NCBI RefSeq assembly: GCF_018977255.1
Contig: NW_024704742.1
Span: forward strand, 89,902,001-89,966,000
Direction of reading: 5' to 3'
Length of the DNA stretch: 64,000 nucleotides
Source of the DNA: Callorhinchus milii
Lineage: Eukaryota
The notes under the pieces are model-generated. The model saw nothing but the letters and a program-made list of their open reading frames with translations. It made no database searches and was not told where the DNA came from. Positions 38,040 through 50,757 of the stretch are shown here, piece by piece. The stretch's first letter is position 1; every line of letters starts with the position of its first letter. Position numbers and translations under genes: made by a program.

Positions 38040-39390
38040 AATTCTAAATTCACCCAATGTCACTCACACGTTTCCTCCCATTCCCTTTTTGAGTCCCTCC
38101 ACTCTGCTCCAAGCACAGAGACAGCCTCAGTAAGGTTACAAATTATGTCCTCTCTCTCTCTCTCTCTCTCTCTTCTCTGTGATCAGGGCTCCCTTTGTCT
38201 CCTGGACCTCTCTGCTGCTTTTGACACAGTGGACCTTGCCATCCTCCTCGATCACCTATCCTCCCTCATCCATCTCAGTGGGAATGCTCTCTCTTAGTTC
38301 AAGTCTGAGGTGACACACCACCACAATTTAATCTCTAATGGTTTCTCCTTCTGCTCTCACAAGATCACCTGTGGTGTAACGCAAGGCTCTAATCACTATT
38401 TTCGGCCCTCTCCTGTTTCTCATTTACATGCTCCCTCTTGATGACAACATCCGCAAACATGGGGTCAACTTCCACATGTATGCAGATGATACCCAAATCT
38501 ATTCTTCCTCCTGTAGTCATGACCCCATTCCTACTGATGTTCTGACTGCCTGCTTGTCTGCCATCAAGGCCAGGAAAAGGGCAAACTTTCTGCAGCTGAA
38601 TATTAACAAAACAGAAGGCATCCTCCTTGCCTCCCTTCAACATCGTCTCACCTGCAGTTCCGAACTCCTTAATCTTCTCTGCCTATCCCGCAGACTCACC
38701 AAATCTCTATGAAACTTTGGCATCGGGTTTGATCCCAAGATACGCTTCCTACCCACTTCCGCTCCCTGACCACCTCTGCTACTTCACCCGCCTTCACCCA
38801 TATCTTACTTCAAACGCTGCTGAAGTTCTCATTCATGGTTTTGTTACTTCCTGTCTCGATTTTTCTAATGCATACCTCGCCAGTCCCCCAGCTCCACTAG
38901 AAACTAGGTTCAAATGATTCAAAACTATTGCCCATGTCCTCACCTATACCAGGTTCCACACCCTCAACCACCCAGCACTTGCCAGGCTCAACTGGCTCCC
39001 TATTGCAGAATGGATCGATTTCAAGATCCTCATTCTCACTTTCAGATTTCTTCATGCCTTGGTACCTCCCTACCTCTCTGATCTTCTCACATCCCACTCC
39101 ACAACCTACTGCCTTTGCTCAGCTGGACGTCCCTCATTCCCTCCACTCTACAATTGGCGGCCACGCTTTCAGACACTATGCCCCAATCTCTAGAACTCCT
39201 TGCCTCAATTCCTTCATCTTGCCCTCTCTCTGCCCATCTTGAAATCACACCTGAAGACTTTCCTCTTTGACTGTGCCTTTGGTCATGTCCCTTTCCTTTC
39301 GGCGTCAAGCTACACTTCTGGTAAACACCTTGTGACATTAATTGCATGATGGATGCTATATAAATGCAAGGTTTGTGTTGTTGCTGTTGT
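38040..39390 (+). mobile_element. L2-clade LINE, degraded RT region through 3' end
   Basis: LDLSAAFDTVD-type coding (38201-38235), MLPLDDNIRKHGVNFHMYADDTQIY (YADD), LQLNINKTE, LIHGFVTSCLDFSN, and tail GCTATATAAATGCAAG-(TTG)n. Confidence 0.9.
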
Positions 39391-39549
39391 TAGGATAATT
39401 CTAGGATTATCCCAGTGCTAATCAATTTGAAGGCCACTGCAATTAATTACAAATATGACAGACAAGTTAATAGAACAATTTGGGATTAACTGTTTCTAAT
39501 TACATTTTCTCTATACCCAGGATTATCCTTGAGTATAAAGAAATATTAC

Positions 39550-39762
39550 CTGCTATCTCCAGTGTGATCCTCTGTGTGAGGGAGCCAGCTTCATTCTGAG
39601 CTGTACAGCTGTAATCTCCTTGAAGACCTTTACTGATGCTCGCAATACGAAGGACTTGGTGTGAAGCCATAATCTGATGATTCAGTCCTGATACCCTGTT
39701 TAAGGCTTTACCATTGAACAACCATCTGATGCTGGGTGTTGGATGACCTTTAACAGGACAAC
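39550..39762 (-). CDS. ADAMTSL1: ADAMTSL1 Ig-like domain exon
   Basis: cattttag|GT TGT CCT ... GCAG|gtaata, 213 nt, phase 1 to 1. CPVKGHPTPSIRWLFNG...GDYSCTAQNEAGSLTQRITLEIA. Confidence 0.92.
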
Positions 39763-40039
39763 CTAAAATGAGGGATGAGAGAATCATTTATCAGATGTTT
39801 GTAGGGTATGAGATTTGGTGTCATCCAATCTTGAGAAAAGAGTCGCTTTAGCGCACTTGACGTGCTTTGCCAGTTTGTTAGATAATGACAGATCTTTTAA
39901 TTGCATTTCCTCGCAATTTTGCCATACACCTTAATACCTTTACTTCTGAAGTATTTATAATAATAATCCTTGTATGTGACATAGCACCTTATCATGTCGT
40001 TGAGGCATCTCAAAGTACTTCACAGACTATACTATAAAA

Positions 40040-40132
40040 AAGTTCTGACAAAGGGTCATCTTTCTGAAATGTTAACTAATTTTCCTCCTCCATAGATGCC
40101 TGACATGATCAGCGAATTCTGTTTTTATTTTA
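40040..40132 (+). mobile_element. Penelope-like element remnant inserted in a SINE
   Basis: GTTCTGACAAAGGGTCATC...TGAAATGTTAACT...TCCATAGATGC...TTCTGTTTTTATT resembles the recalled Penelope pseudo-LTR layout. Confidence 0.55.
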
Positions 40133-42080
40133 TATTATATAATATCTAGTAAAGTGGATTGACTGTGTATTTCTGGGTGGAACATGGCAGCCAATTGTGC
40201 ACAGCAGTATCCCACAAACAGTCGTGGATTGAGCCATGAAGTGAATTTTATTTTGGGGATCTTAGCTAGGATACTCGGAAAAACTCCCTTCTTTTTTTGA
40301 AAGTACCCTAAAGAATAGTGCAGATCTTTAATGTCCACTTGAACTGACATATAAGACCTTAGTTTAGGACTGTAGCACTCTTGTCAAACTGCATAAAGGG
40401 TCTGCAGAAATATTTACGGAACACAATAAGAAGGAATTCAAGCATGTCAACATTAGAATTGATCCATGACTTGCCATTGTTTTTTAACGGTCATCTAAAC
40501 ACCTTGTAACTGGAAATTGGCAACTACCATTTCACTGTCGAGAAAGTTTTTCATGGGGAATAGACAGTACAATCAAATGTGAGGTGGGCTTGTGTAGCCA
40601 TTTGGAACTTAAATGATAGGAATCTTTTACAGATAACAGAGCTATTCCATTGTGGCATAAGCGTTTATCATTGTGATTGAGCAAATTTAAAATCCCTGCT
40701 TGTGAAATATGGCACCTTATTTGCATGTATACAATACAAATATATGTTCACTTACAGCGTTCAGTCCATGTGTCAGGACAGCTCGATTGTCGAACAATCC
40801 TGCCTCTGAGTCAGAAAGTTGTAGGTTGAACTTTCAGCCCGAGGCCTTGGCCAACAATTCTCCAGATTTAAAAGAAGATTGGTCATCGACTTCCCAATTG
40901 TTTGTTGAATATTGCCGTACGCAAATTGGGTGATGCGTTTGCCTACAAAAACAGATGCTACGCTTTGCAGAAAACGTCCTAAAATGTTTCGATGTGATAC
41001 TGTGCTACAGTAAATGCAAGGCTTATTAGCTGTGTTTGGCAACATCAGCAAGGCTCAGTTAGCAGCACGCTTGTTCCTTTAAGGCACATTTGGGGATTTA
41101 TGGATCATAGTCTCGGCTGACATTGCAGTACCTTCCCCAGTAACTCGCTGCATTGTTGGAGTTGCTGTCCTTTGGACAATATGTGAACTCAAGGTAACAT
41201 CTACCTGCTCAGTTGTTTGTTAACAAATGGTATAATGAATAATAGATTTGATTGTATTTTGTATTTCCTCTTCGACCCTGCCTTCGATCACCCTCCTACC
41301 ACTACCCTCCCTGCCCCCTACCCATCCTGATCTCAACGCTCTGCTCGTGTCCAAATCCCTGACTTTCCAGCACCTTGGGACGTCCTCCCAATGTGAACGG
41401 CTCTATACAAATGCAATTTGTTGTTATTATAAGGAGAATGTATTGCATTTTAGAATTGTGCTAGGTTAGCAACAAATGATTACTATTTGCCCCCAAATAC
41501 TGAAACATTATTACTGGAAAATCATCTGATATTTTGTGCTGAAAGTCATTACTTGTGGTAATATAGTAAATAAATAATACATTTAGAAGAATGAGAATTA
41601 TAGGTTAATTCAAGATTTAGGTAATGTTGAAAAATGAAAGCAGCTGTAGAAAGAAAATTAGCACTGAATAATCTTGGTTACAAGAACTATCAATAATCTA
41701 AAGGCTCATTGAAACCAGATATCTGTGTAAATGTTTACAGCAATGTCTTTTGAATCCTCTCAACATACTTCCCCTTGGGAAGGAGATTTGTTTTCATTTA
41801 ATACACTCCACTCTAATTAGAACACAGTCCTTGGGAGACCAGCACTGAGTTGGGTTATATTGAGATGTTTGCTGTAATGAAACTCATGTAATATGACATA
41901 AACTGGAACATGAAAATGTCAATAACAAGACAAGGTCCAGCAGCCTCATCACAATGTAACTGAACGTCTATGGGTGGGGTGCTTTATTCATCAAATATTT
42001 CATATTCATTTCTATTGAAATGCATTCAAAAAGGAATTTATACGACAAAAATGCAACAAGTTATATTATTAGCATGACCA

Positions 42081-42485
42081 ACAGCCTGGCTCAGTTGGTA
42101 GCACTCTTGTCTCTGACTCAGAAGATTGTGGGTTCAAACCCCGCATCAGGACTTTGAACTCACAGTCCAGGCTGACACGCCAATCCTGTGATGGAGAATG
42201 CTGCACTGTCAGAGGTGCTGTCCTTTCGATGAGATGTTAAACCAAGGTCCAGTCTGCCTGTTAAACTGGATGTTAAAGATCCCATGGCACAACTCAAAAA
42301 GAGGAGAGGCTTTCTCCAATTGCTTTGGCCAAGTCATATTATTAGCATTACCAACGTCATGACTATTTGCTGTGTGCAGATTGGCTGTTGTGTTTGTCTA
42401 CATAATACACAGTCTCTGCACGTTGCAGTAAATCCTGTAAAGTGTTTTGAGACATCTGGATGACTTGATCAAATGCAATATAATC
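42081..42485 (+). mobile_element. Older tRNA-head Deu-domain SINE (best preserved copy)
   Basis: TGGCTCAGTTGG A box, GGTTCAAACC B box, GAGGTGCTGTCCTTTCGATGAGATGTTAAACC...GATGTTAAAGATCCCATGGCAC core, then L2-type tail. Confidence 0.8.
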
Positions 42486-43599
42486 AGTCATCTTATCACG
42501 TCGTATTTTGCCCTCTATTTATTTTCTTTCAACACTAATCTTTTCCCCCCATCTCTACTTCCGAAGAGCTAATTTTGTTTTATTACTGGGTGCAATTCCA
42601 TGGGTAACTGTTGACTTCTAGCACCTTGCCCCAGTGATCTTTGCTTGTGTATGACTTTCAATATAATGAGTGTTGTCATACGATTCACCTGAAGGTGATA
42701 TCACTCTGAGCCTGATCTGATCTCCACTCAATGGGCATTCAGTTGTACCTCAACTCAAAGTGGCTGGATTGTGATCTAGGATCAGGAACTCTGGTTGATT
42801 TCCCCCTCCTTGATTTTGTACCCTGAGACCAGATTTCACCCTTACTGAGACCAGAGAAGAGAACAACCTGGAGATCAAATCTGGAACCTTCCCATGTTGC
42901 ATGGATCAGCGACTCACAGTAAAAACTCGCTGAGCCACTAGAGTAGCCAAGGAATGGAGTAAGTTCTCTTTGTGGTAAACTAACTTTTAAAAATATTTGA
43001 TTCATTGGAATTCCTTGCTAATTCAGTTTAACAATGACTAGAAGCAGTGAGCTCTCTTTTCTGTGCTCAGCACTGTTATGGCAAAGACACAGTATATGCT
43101 GTGAAGCGCTTTGAGACATCTTGATGACATGATAAGATGCTATATCAGATGCAAGGATTCTTATTATTAATACCAATGGACAGCTGTATGCAACTGAAGG
43201 CTAGCCAGTATGGCATTGATCCTAACATACCAGCAATACAGGACTATACTATTGACCTGATTTAGGTCCAGCAGGCGAACAATAACACAAATCTCCTCAA
43301 GGATCTCTATTCAGAGTTCATGCTGTTTGGAAAAATAACAGTATTCTGACTAATTTATGCATTAAATGCAATTGGACAGAGATGTAGATCTACTTTGAGG
43401 CCAGACATTACTCACATGAGTGAAAGGAGTTAATGTTTTGGCTTACAATTCGGAGGGGCGACCTCTAGCTAAACAAAATCTATTACATCGAATGGCAGGA
43501 TACTTAATAAAGGAGCCAGTTAAGAACAGAATTATGTGGTTTTGTTTTTAAAAGACAAATCAAATCTTAATTTATAGTTTTGCTCATAGCTCATTGGTG

Positions 43600-44010
43600 T
43601 CAACTTGTCTGAGTTGGCAGCATTCTTGCCTCTGAATCAGAAGGTTGTGGGTTGAAGCCTCCTGTCAGGATTCTGAGTTCATAATCTAGGCTGACAATCC
43701 AGTACAGTGTTGGGGGTGTTGTGTTGTCAGAATTACTGTCCTTTGGATAAGACATTAAACTGAAGTTCCTTCTGCCTGTTTAGGTGGATGTTAAAGATCG
43801 TACAACACTATTCAAACAGAGAAAAGCGTTTCTCCCGGAGTCCTGGCCAACCATCTTGATAAAATTGATCATTCACTTCATCACTGTTTGTGGGACATTT
43901 CTGTGTGCAAATTGGTTGCCGCATTCACCAACAAATATACAGTTACTATACTGTGAAACTTTTGAGATGTCTCAATAACAGGCTAAGGCACTAGAACAAA
44001 TGCAGGCATT
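43600..44010 (+). mobile_element. Older Deu-domain SINE
   Basis: Colinear with 42081-42485. Confidence 0.78.
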
Positions 44011-45967
44011 ACCTGATTATTAATATAGCTACCAACTAGGTACATTGGTCAAATCAAAGCAATTCAAATTGACCTGTATAGTAATTTCTAAGGCCAGTTA
44101 CCAATGGCACTGTAATACCCTACTTTTGGTAAACCTAACCCTGTTCTGGCTCTGAGCTTAATCAGCATTGCTATGCAGAGTTTACTGGCGGACCTATGGA
44201 TGAGTTTGTATTTACCTTTTGTCCCTTTATCAAATGCAAGGATTGTTCTTATCTTATTATTATTATTATCATCTTTAAGAAATCTATCAAACACTAAATT
44301 AAATCCATTCTCTGCACAGAATGGGGCCATTCTGCCCATTGTGTCTGTGTCCCAGCGCCTTGCGACGTCCTCCCGATGTGAAAGGCACTTTACAAATGTA
44401 ATTTTGTCTTTGTCCCTATGTGCTTTATGATGACAATGATCAATGTATGGTACAGAAAGGGTTAAACGCCTGGCAGCAGTCTGTTGGCTAACTTGTCTTT
44501 TTAAGTTGTATTTTGTTACAAATCAGCGTTCTGTTTGGGATGCAGGTTGCATTAGCCCCTTATACAGTTTTGCAATGAAATGGTATTTTCTGATATTTAG
44601 AATGCCAAAGCCGTTGAGAGAACTAAAAAAATATTGCAGAATAATGTAAAATCTGGTATAAATATGCTTCTCTGACTCTTTCTGTCCAACAGACTGCAAT
44701 CTGTCTCAGGGGCCTTTAGATCTTTGACTGCTGCCCAAAGTTGAAGTGACCTGAGGCATGGATCTGATTTTGCAGATGTGCTCGATTTAAATTTCCTGTC
44801 AATAAACCCTGAACTGTAACTGAAGTGTTTAAATAAAATTGTTCAGCTGTTGAATATAACCTCTTTTCCTTCACTGGTTCATTCAGTCACTCACAGAAGA
44901 TGTCCAGGATTCATTTGCAAGGTCCTTTGCTAGCTCACTCCGTGCTTTCTCACATCTCATTACAATCTGCTTTAAACAAAAGTATCTGGAAAAAATTAGC
45001 TGGTTGGACCTGAAATCTTTCAGCAACGATTCAAGACTCACCTCTTTCTGAGATGAGGAGGGTGCTATATAAATGCAGTTTATTGTTGATATTGTTGTTC
45101 CTTCAAGTTGATTTCACATCTAATCCCTTACTTTACAACTCTTCAAATTTATGTTTTTTGGTAGGAAAAATCAGGATAATTTACCGTGAAATTACTATTG
45201 AAAATATAATAATAATATTCCTTACATGTGGTATAGCCCCTTTCACGTCAGGATATCCGAAAACGCTTCACAGGATATACTGTAAAGTGCAGTGACTGTT
45301 TTGAACACGAATGTGAATGTGGGAAAAAAGCTAACAACATTGACCTTNAAAAAACTAATGTATCACTTTTTCTGAATAGTGCCAAGAGTTATTTAACATC
45401 CACCTGATTAGATAAATGTGACCACAATTTAACGTCTCATCCAAAGGCAGCATTTCTGCCAAACGCAGTGGTTCACCAACAACATATTGTAGTATCGGCA
45501 TAGAACATATGAGTTGAAGGTCCCAATGTGAATTTTGAACCCACAACTTTATGACTCAGAGGCGAGCGTGCTGCCAACTGAGCCAGGCTAATGATTTACT
45601 TCTTTTCATAGAAATCCCTGGGCAAATCACCCTAAACTTTCCATCAAAAAGACAGACAAAACAATTGAAGAGTAGGAAGGTAAAGAGTTTAAATGTGAAA
45701 TCACTTTGTTGAAAGAAAGAGGAGCTAAATCTTAAAGGCTTTGCATTAGGTTAACCAACTAACTTCATTTCAGGGACCATCGGGTAAGGCAGATCGTAAT
45801 GAGAAATGAGAATGAGAATGGACCAGAACCAATAAACGTGAAAGTGGTTGGTGTATACACATATCAGAATGCATTGGGACCTGGACTGCAGAGTGAATGT
45901 TTAAACCGCTTTAATAGTAATAATCCTTCCATTTGGTATAGAATCTTTTCATGTTGGGAGGATGTCT

Positions 45968-47025
45968 CTTATTTATTGCTTGTTAACAAGCACAACCTAT
46001 TTCCTCCTTCCTCTTTGTCTCGGTCCCATTTGACTATGTTGTGCCAGAGACTTAGACATCATCTAATCAGATGCTAAGGCTCTGGGAGAAGCTGCCACAG
46101 ATGTCAGAAGTGGAAATAGCTTGACAGGATAGACTGGAAAGTGTAATGACTGGGTATTTGCAGGTGAAATTCTGTTGTATTCTAATCTTTCAGTTTGTTT
46201 CTCTTAAATGGGACTGATGAATTTTAGTGTAAGCAGCCTAACGTCAGGAATGGAATGCAAATTATTCAATTATTATTGGGAAGAGTTTCAATAAGTGAGT
46301 CTGAGAATCCCAAGCACGTTTTTGGGGGTGTTACCCACAAGGAAGGAAAAGTCACTGAGCTCACTGTCTCACTCCACCATAAGGAGATTAGCTCGCTGAA
46401 TGCCGGGAGTGATATATCCGTTAGTATTCCAGTGGAAGGAAACAATAGTAAAGATTAAAAATTGATTTATGATGAAAGTGGAGAAATAAAACAAGCTCCG
46501 TATTTAATGCAGAAGAATACCATTTGCAAATGTAAATCCCAAAAAGGGCTGTAATATTGCCAAGATAAAGTGACATTCTTTTCTCTTAAATAATGCAAGC
46601 AAGAAAGAACATGGTTTAAAAGAATAGCCCTGCCAAACATTTTTACCTCCCCGAATTGTCATTCATATAGAGCATGACATTGCTTAAGCTGCTTCAGCTG
46701 ACAGATTTATAAAGCATAACAATTTTTGAACCGTTACACTCCTTTTCAGAGCCAAATCATTTCAGATAATATTTTAATACACTTAGGAACACATCACTTG
46801 TTTCTGGAAAAATGAATTCAAAACGCCAAAGCTCCTGAGACTTAAAGCAAAATAAAACTTGAGCTTATTTATTGCATGTTAACAAGCACAATCTATTTCC
46901 TTCTTCCTCTTTGTCTCGGTCCCATTTGACTGTTTTGTGCCAGAGACCTAGACATGAGCATTTTCATCTAATCAGATGCTAAGGCTCTGGGAGAAGCTGC
47001 CACAGATGTCAGAAGTGGAAATAGC
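45968..47025 (+). repeat. Local direct duplication: 45968-46120 and 46864-47025
   Basis: 153 versus 162 bp, a handful of substitutions plus one 9-bp indel (GAGCATTTT). Confidence 0.92.
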
Positions 47026-48009
47026 AGGAAAGGAAAGATGCAGCCAAAAGGATGGTGATATTAATCAATCTTGTGCTACTCTCAAGATTTATTTCTGTCG
47101 TATGCTGTTGAAATTTTGAAAACATTTGTCTTGAATCAGGCCCGGAGTGTCAGTGTCGAGATTTATAGTTACATCTTGGCAGATCAATCAGCATTCTCTG
47201 TAAAACACACTGCAAGGAATTATAAAGGTCCGTCTTCTAGCTTGGTGGCCTGGTTGACTTAGTTGTTAGTTTCAGTCTGTGTAGTTGAAAAAGCATTTCT
47301 GTGCAAAGAGTTACTGATGTCTTGCTATGGATAAAAGCACCTTGTAACATAAATTGTGATTGTACAGAAAATCCCATGTGGGTCATACTGACTATCAAAA
47401 TCTTGGCTCCAATATCCATATTAGATAACTTGTCTCCCTTTATGTTCTGTAAACTCTCCATTTATTCTTCTATTTTAATAAACAGTGCATAGAGAGTACA
47501 CTATACAAATAGGGAGTCTGGAAGTGGGTCTTTACTCTGACATGCTTTTCACAATGCCATTTTATCTGAAGTCTGATATAATTACCTTAGAAATCTGTAG
47601 TTCATGAAGACAGTGGCTTGATGTGTGGCATAAACACTGCAGTTAATTTATAACAAGCTTGAACAAATGGTAGCAAATATAGGCATTAAAAGAGCCCATT
47701 GACTACATGAGGCAAGATAATAATGCAATGAGCCTTGCAAAGAGGCTTAATACTGAAATCTATTTCACTCACTCCTGAAAAAAAGGCTTCCACATTAACA
47801 GTGAATTTAAGAATTTTCCATATTCTTTCCACAAAAGCTGCATGATCTTAAATTTATTGACAAAATGATTTTAGAGGCTAAGTCGAGGCAAAATTTTAGG
47901 GCCCTGGTGCTTTCCCCAAGGATAAAATAAGGTTATTCAAAGGGTGCACCCCCTCGATTGCATTATTGCATTTCCTGATGGTCAGTTTGAAAAAAGTCCT
48001 TTCAGAGAA

Positions 48010-48455
48010 TTCATAGATTCACAGAAGGTACCGCTCAGAAATGGCCCACTCACCCATCCTGTCCAGCTGGTGTTTATACTACAATGAGTGTCCATCCGAG
48101 ATCTTATTCCCTAGTCCCATATCCCGACTTCTTCCCCATATCCCTCAACTTTATTCTCACTTAATCATGTGTCTAGTCTTTTTTTGAATGTGCACATGAT
48201 TGCTGCCACCACAACTGACTGTGGCAGAGAATTCCACAATCGTATCACTGTCTGTATGAAACACAGTTTCCTAACATCCGTTCTGGACTTCCTCGCTCGC
48301 ATTTTAAATCTCTTCCCTCTAGTTCTAGACCCCATGACCCCAGAAATAATCTTTCTCTGTCCACCCTATCTAAGCCTCCCATCATCTTCTATATCTCCAT
48401 CAACTGCCTCACAGCCTTCTGAGCTCTAAAGAAAAAAGCCCCAGTTTTTCAAACC
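48010..48455 (-). mobile_element. Older CR1 3' fragment
   Basis: GGCAGAGAATTCCACAATCGTATCACTGTCTGTATGAAA is the reverse complement of the CR1 ORF2 C-terminal FxxxVxxxWNSLP region. Similar fragments at ~9050-9230 (+), 13990-14120 (+), 29650-29870 (-) and 63500-63790 (-). Confidence 0.7.
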
Positions 48456-49329
48456 ACTTAGAAGCAGATCCCTTACACACCAACTTCACCAAACAGTAGT
48501 GTTTCATGTGTTGCATCCAGAGAGGGAAATGATAAGAAAAGGCACATCTGTTAAAAACAATTAATCTGGAGGTCCTGGATACCTTGGATTTGTGAAAGAC
48601 AGACCTGCTTGCAGATCCAGCGTAGCAAAGACCTGGGTTAAGAATTGCGACACAAGCAGCATTGTATCCAGGATGTCAAAAAATGATCCAAAGGACAAGC
48701 AGGAAGACAGATAGATAGACAAGGAGACAAATAGGCAAGGAGACCGAGAGACAGAGAGAGACAGGGAGGCAGGCAGGCAAGCAGACCAACTGTAGGTAAC
48801 TACGGACTGAGCCCCATGAGGTAAGGTAAACCATATTCATAGCCCCCCAAGCAGGTTTATTTTCATAGAATACCAAGTCAGAGCTGTAAAAGAATCCAAT
48901 TGTGAATGTACTGTGAATCTACATTTATTTACAGCGAGGAAAGGGCTGACTCCTTTCAGTGTAGGGGCAGAGAATAAGACCTCACTAAACAACTTGCAGG
49001 CACTTGTGTTTTACATAGGGCCTGGAACAAATCTCAGTGCGTGAGCTGTTGGAGAAAGATTAATTAGGATTCTTTCCCAAAGTTGAGTGAAAACAATAAC
49101 CTCTTTCCAAAAGGAAATACTGGGACAGCTCCAAAACTCATGGAAACAGGTGCGCGTTCCCAGATTTAGAAGCACGGAATGATAAAAGGCCATTTGGCCC
49201 ATCAAGCCCTCTTGTTCCGCAGACCAAGCATAACCTGCCTGTCATGGAATCCACCACAACCACTCCATCTTCTGTAGTAAAGGTCTGCATCAATACTCCC
49301 CGATGCCCAAAGGTAATCAAGCAAGCACT

Positions 49330-50710
49330 GCAGAATATATCCACTCCTATATCTCCACTTCCATTTCTCCACAGACTATGCCCCCTCCCCCCATAACACA
49401 AATGAAGCCTTTGTTTGTGTTCTTTGCTTGTTCCACTCCTAAGTGCTTCTCTTCCTGGCCCCATAGAGTCATCTGCAGTCAAACCAAGAGCTCTAAGCTT
49501 AGTCCTCTTGTCTTATTTATCGACATGCCCCATCTTGGTGCCATCAACAAGTATGGGGTCCACTACAGATATACTGCAGTTTAATGTGGAGAAATGCAAA
49601 GTGATGAATTTTGGGAGGAAGAATGAGGAGAAGCAATATAAGCTGATGGTAGAATCTTAAAGGGGGTGAAGGAACAGAGACCTGGGGGTTCATATAAGTA
49701 AATCTTTGAAGGTGGCAGGACAGGGAGATAAGGCTGTTAAAAAAGCATACGGGATACTAGGCTTTATAAATAGGGGCATAGAATACAAAAGTCAGGAAGT
49801 TATGATGAACCTTTATAAAACACTGGTTAGGCCTCAGCTAGAGACTGTGTTCAGTTCTGGGCCCCACACTTTAGGAAGGATGTCAAAGCATTGGAGAGGG
49901 TGCAAAGCAGATTTACCAGGATGGTATCAGGAATGAGGGACTTCAGTTATCAGGAGAGGCTACAGAAGCTAGGATTATTCTCCTTTGAGCAGAGAAGGTT
50001 AAGAGGAGACTTAACAGAATTATATAGAATAGATCATTTCAAAATTATGAGGGGATTCGATAGGGTGAACAAATAGAAACTATTTCCACTGGTGGGTGGA
50101 TCGGTAACCTGAGGGCACCGATTTAAAATAGTTGTTAAAAGAAACAGGGGGGAGGTGAGGAGAAATGTTTTCACACAGTAAGTTGTTGGGATCTGGAATG
50201 CATTGCCTGAAAGGGTGGTGGAAGCCGATTCGATAACAACTTTTAAGAGAGAAGTAGATAATTATTTGGAGAGGACAAGTTCGCAGGGCTATGGGGAGAG
50301 AGTGGGAGAGTGGGATTGAATTGTAAAGCTCTTTTCAAAGAACTGGCACAGACACGATGGGCCAAATGGCCTCCTTCTGTGTTGTATAATTCTATGATAT
50401 TTGAATGACACACAGCTTTATATCTTTGTTCGATTCCACAACCACTGCTGTTCCGATTGTCTTTCAGACATCAACTGAATGAGCCCCCACTTCCTTCAGC
50501 TCAATGTCAACAAAACAAAGGCATTCTCCTCAGCTCTTTCTAACACCTCTTTGCCTCTGACTCCAACCTCATCAACCTACCCAGTTGCTCACACAAACTC
50601 ATTGAGCCAGTGCGCAACCTTAGTGTTTTTTTTATCCTAAGATCTGTTTCAAACCTATACTCGGTCCTTGACCAAGGCGGCTTTTCTCCATTTGCAGAAC
50701 ACCAGATCAC
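49330..50710 (+). mobile_element. Old L2 RT fragment split by the CR1 insertion at 49573-50395
   Basis: SPLVLFIDMPHLGAINKYGVHY precedes the CR1. GACACACAGCTTTAT (DTQLY) and TTCCTTCAGCTCAATGTCAACAAAAC (FLQLNVNK) follow it. Confidence 0.7.
49573..50395 (+). mobile_element. CR1-clade LINE, 5'-truncated, same young subfamily as 11233-12170
   Basis: Same peptides (QFNVEKCKVMNFGRKN...RPQLE...RRLRGDL) and the 3'UTR ending GGCCTCCTTCTGTGTTGTATAATTCTAT. Confidence 0.92.
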
Positions 50711-50757
50711 CTTTATAATAACAATCATTATAATTATAATGCTTACGTTCGATAAAG

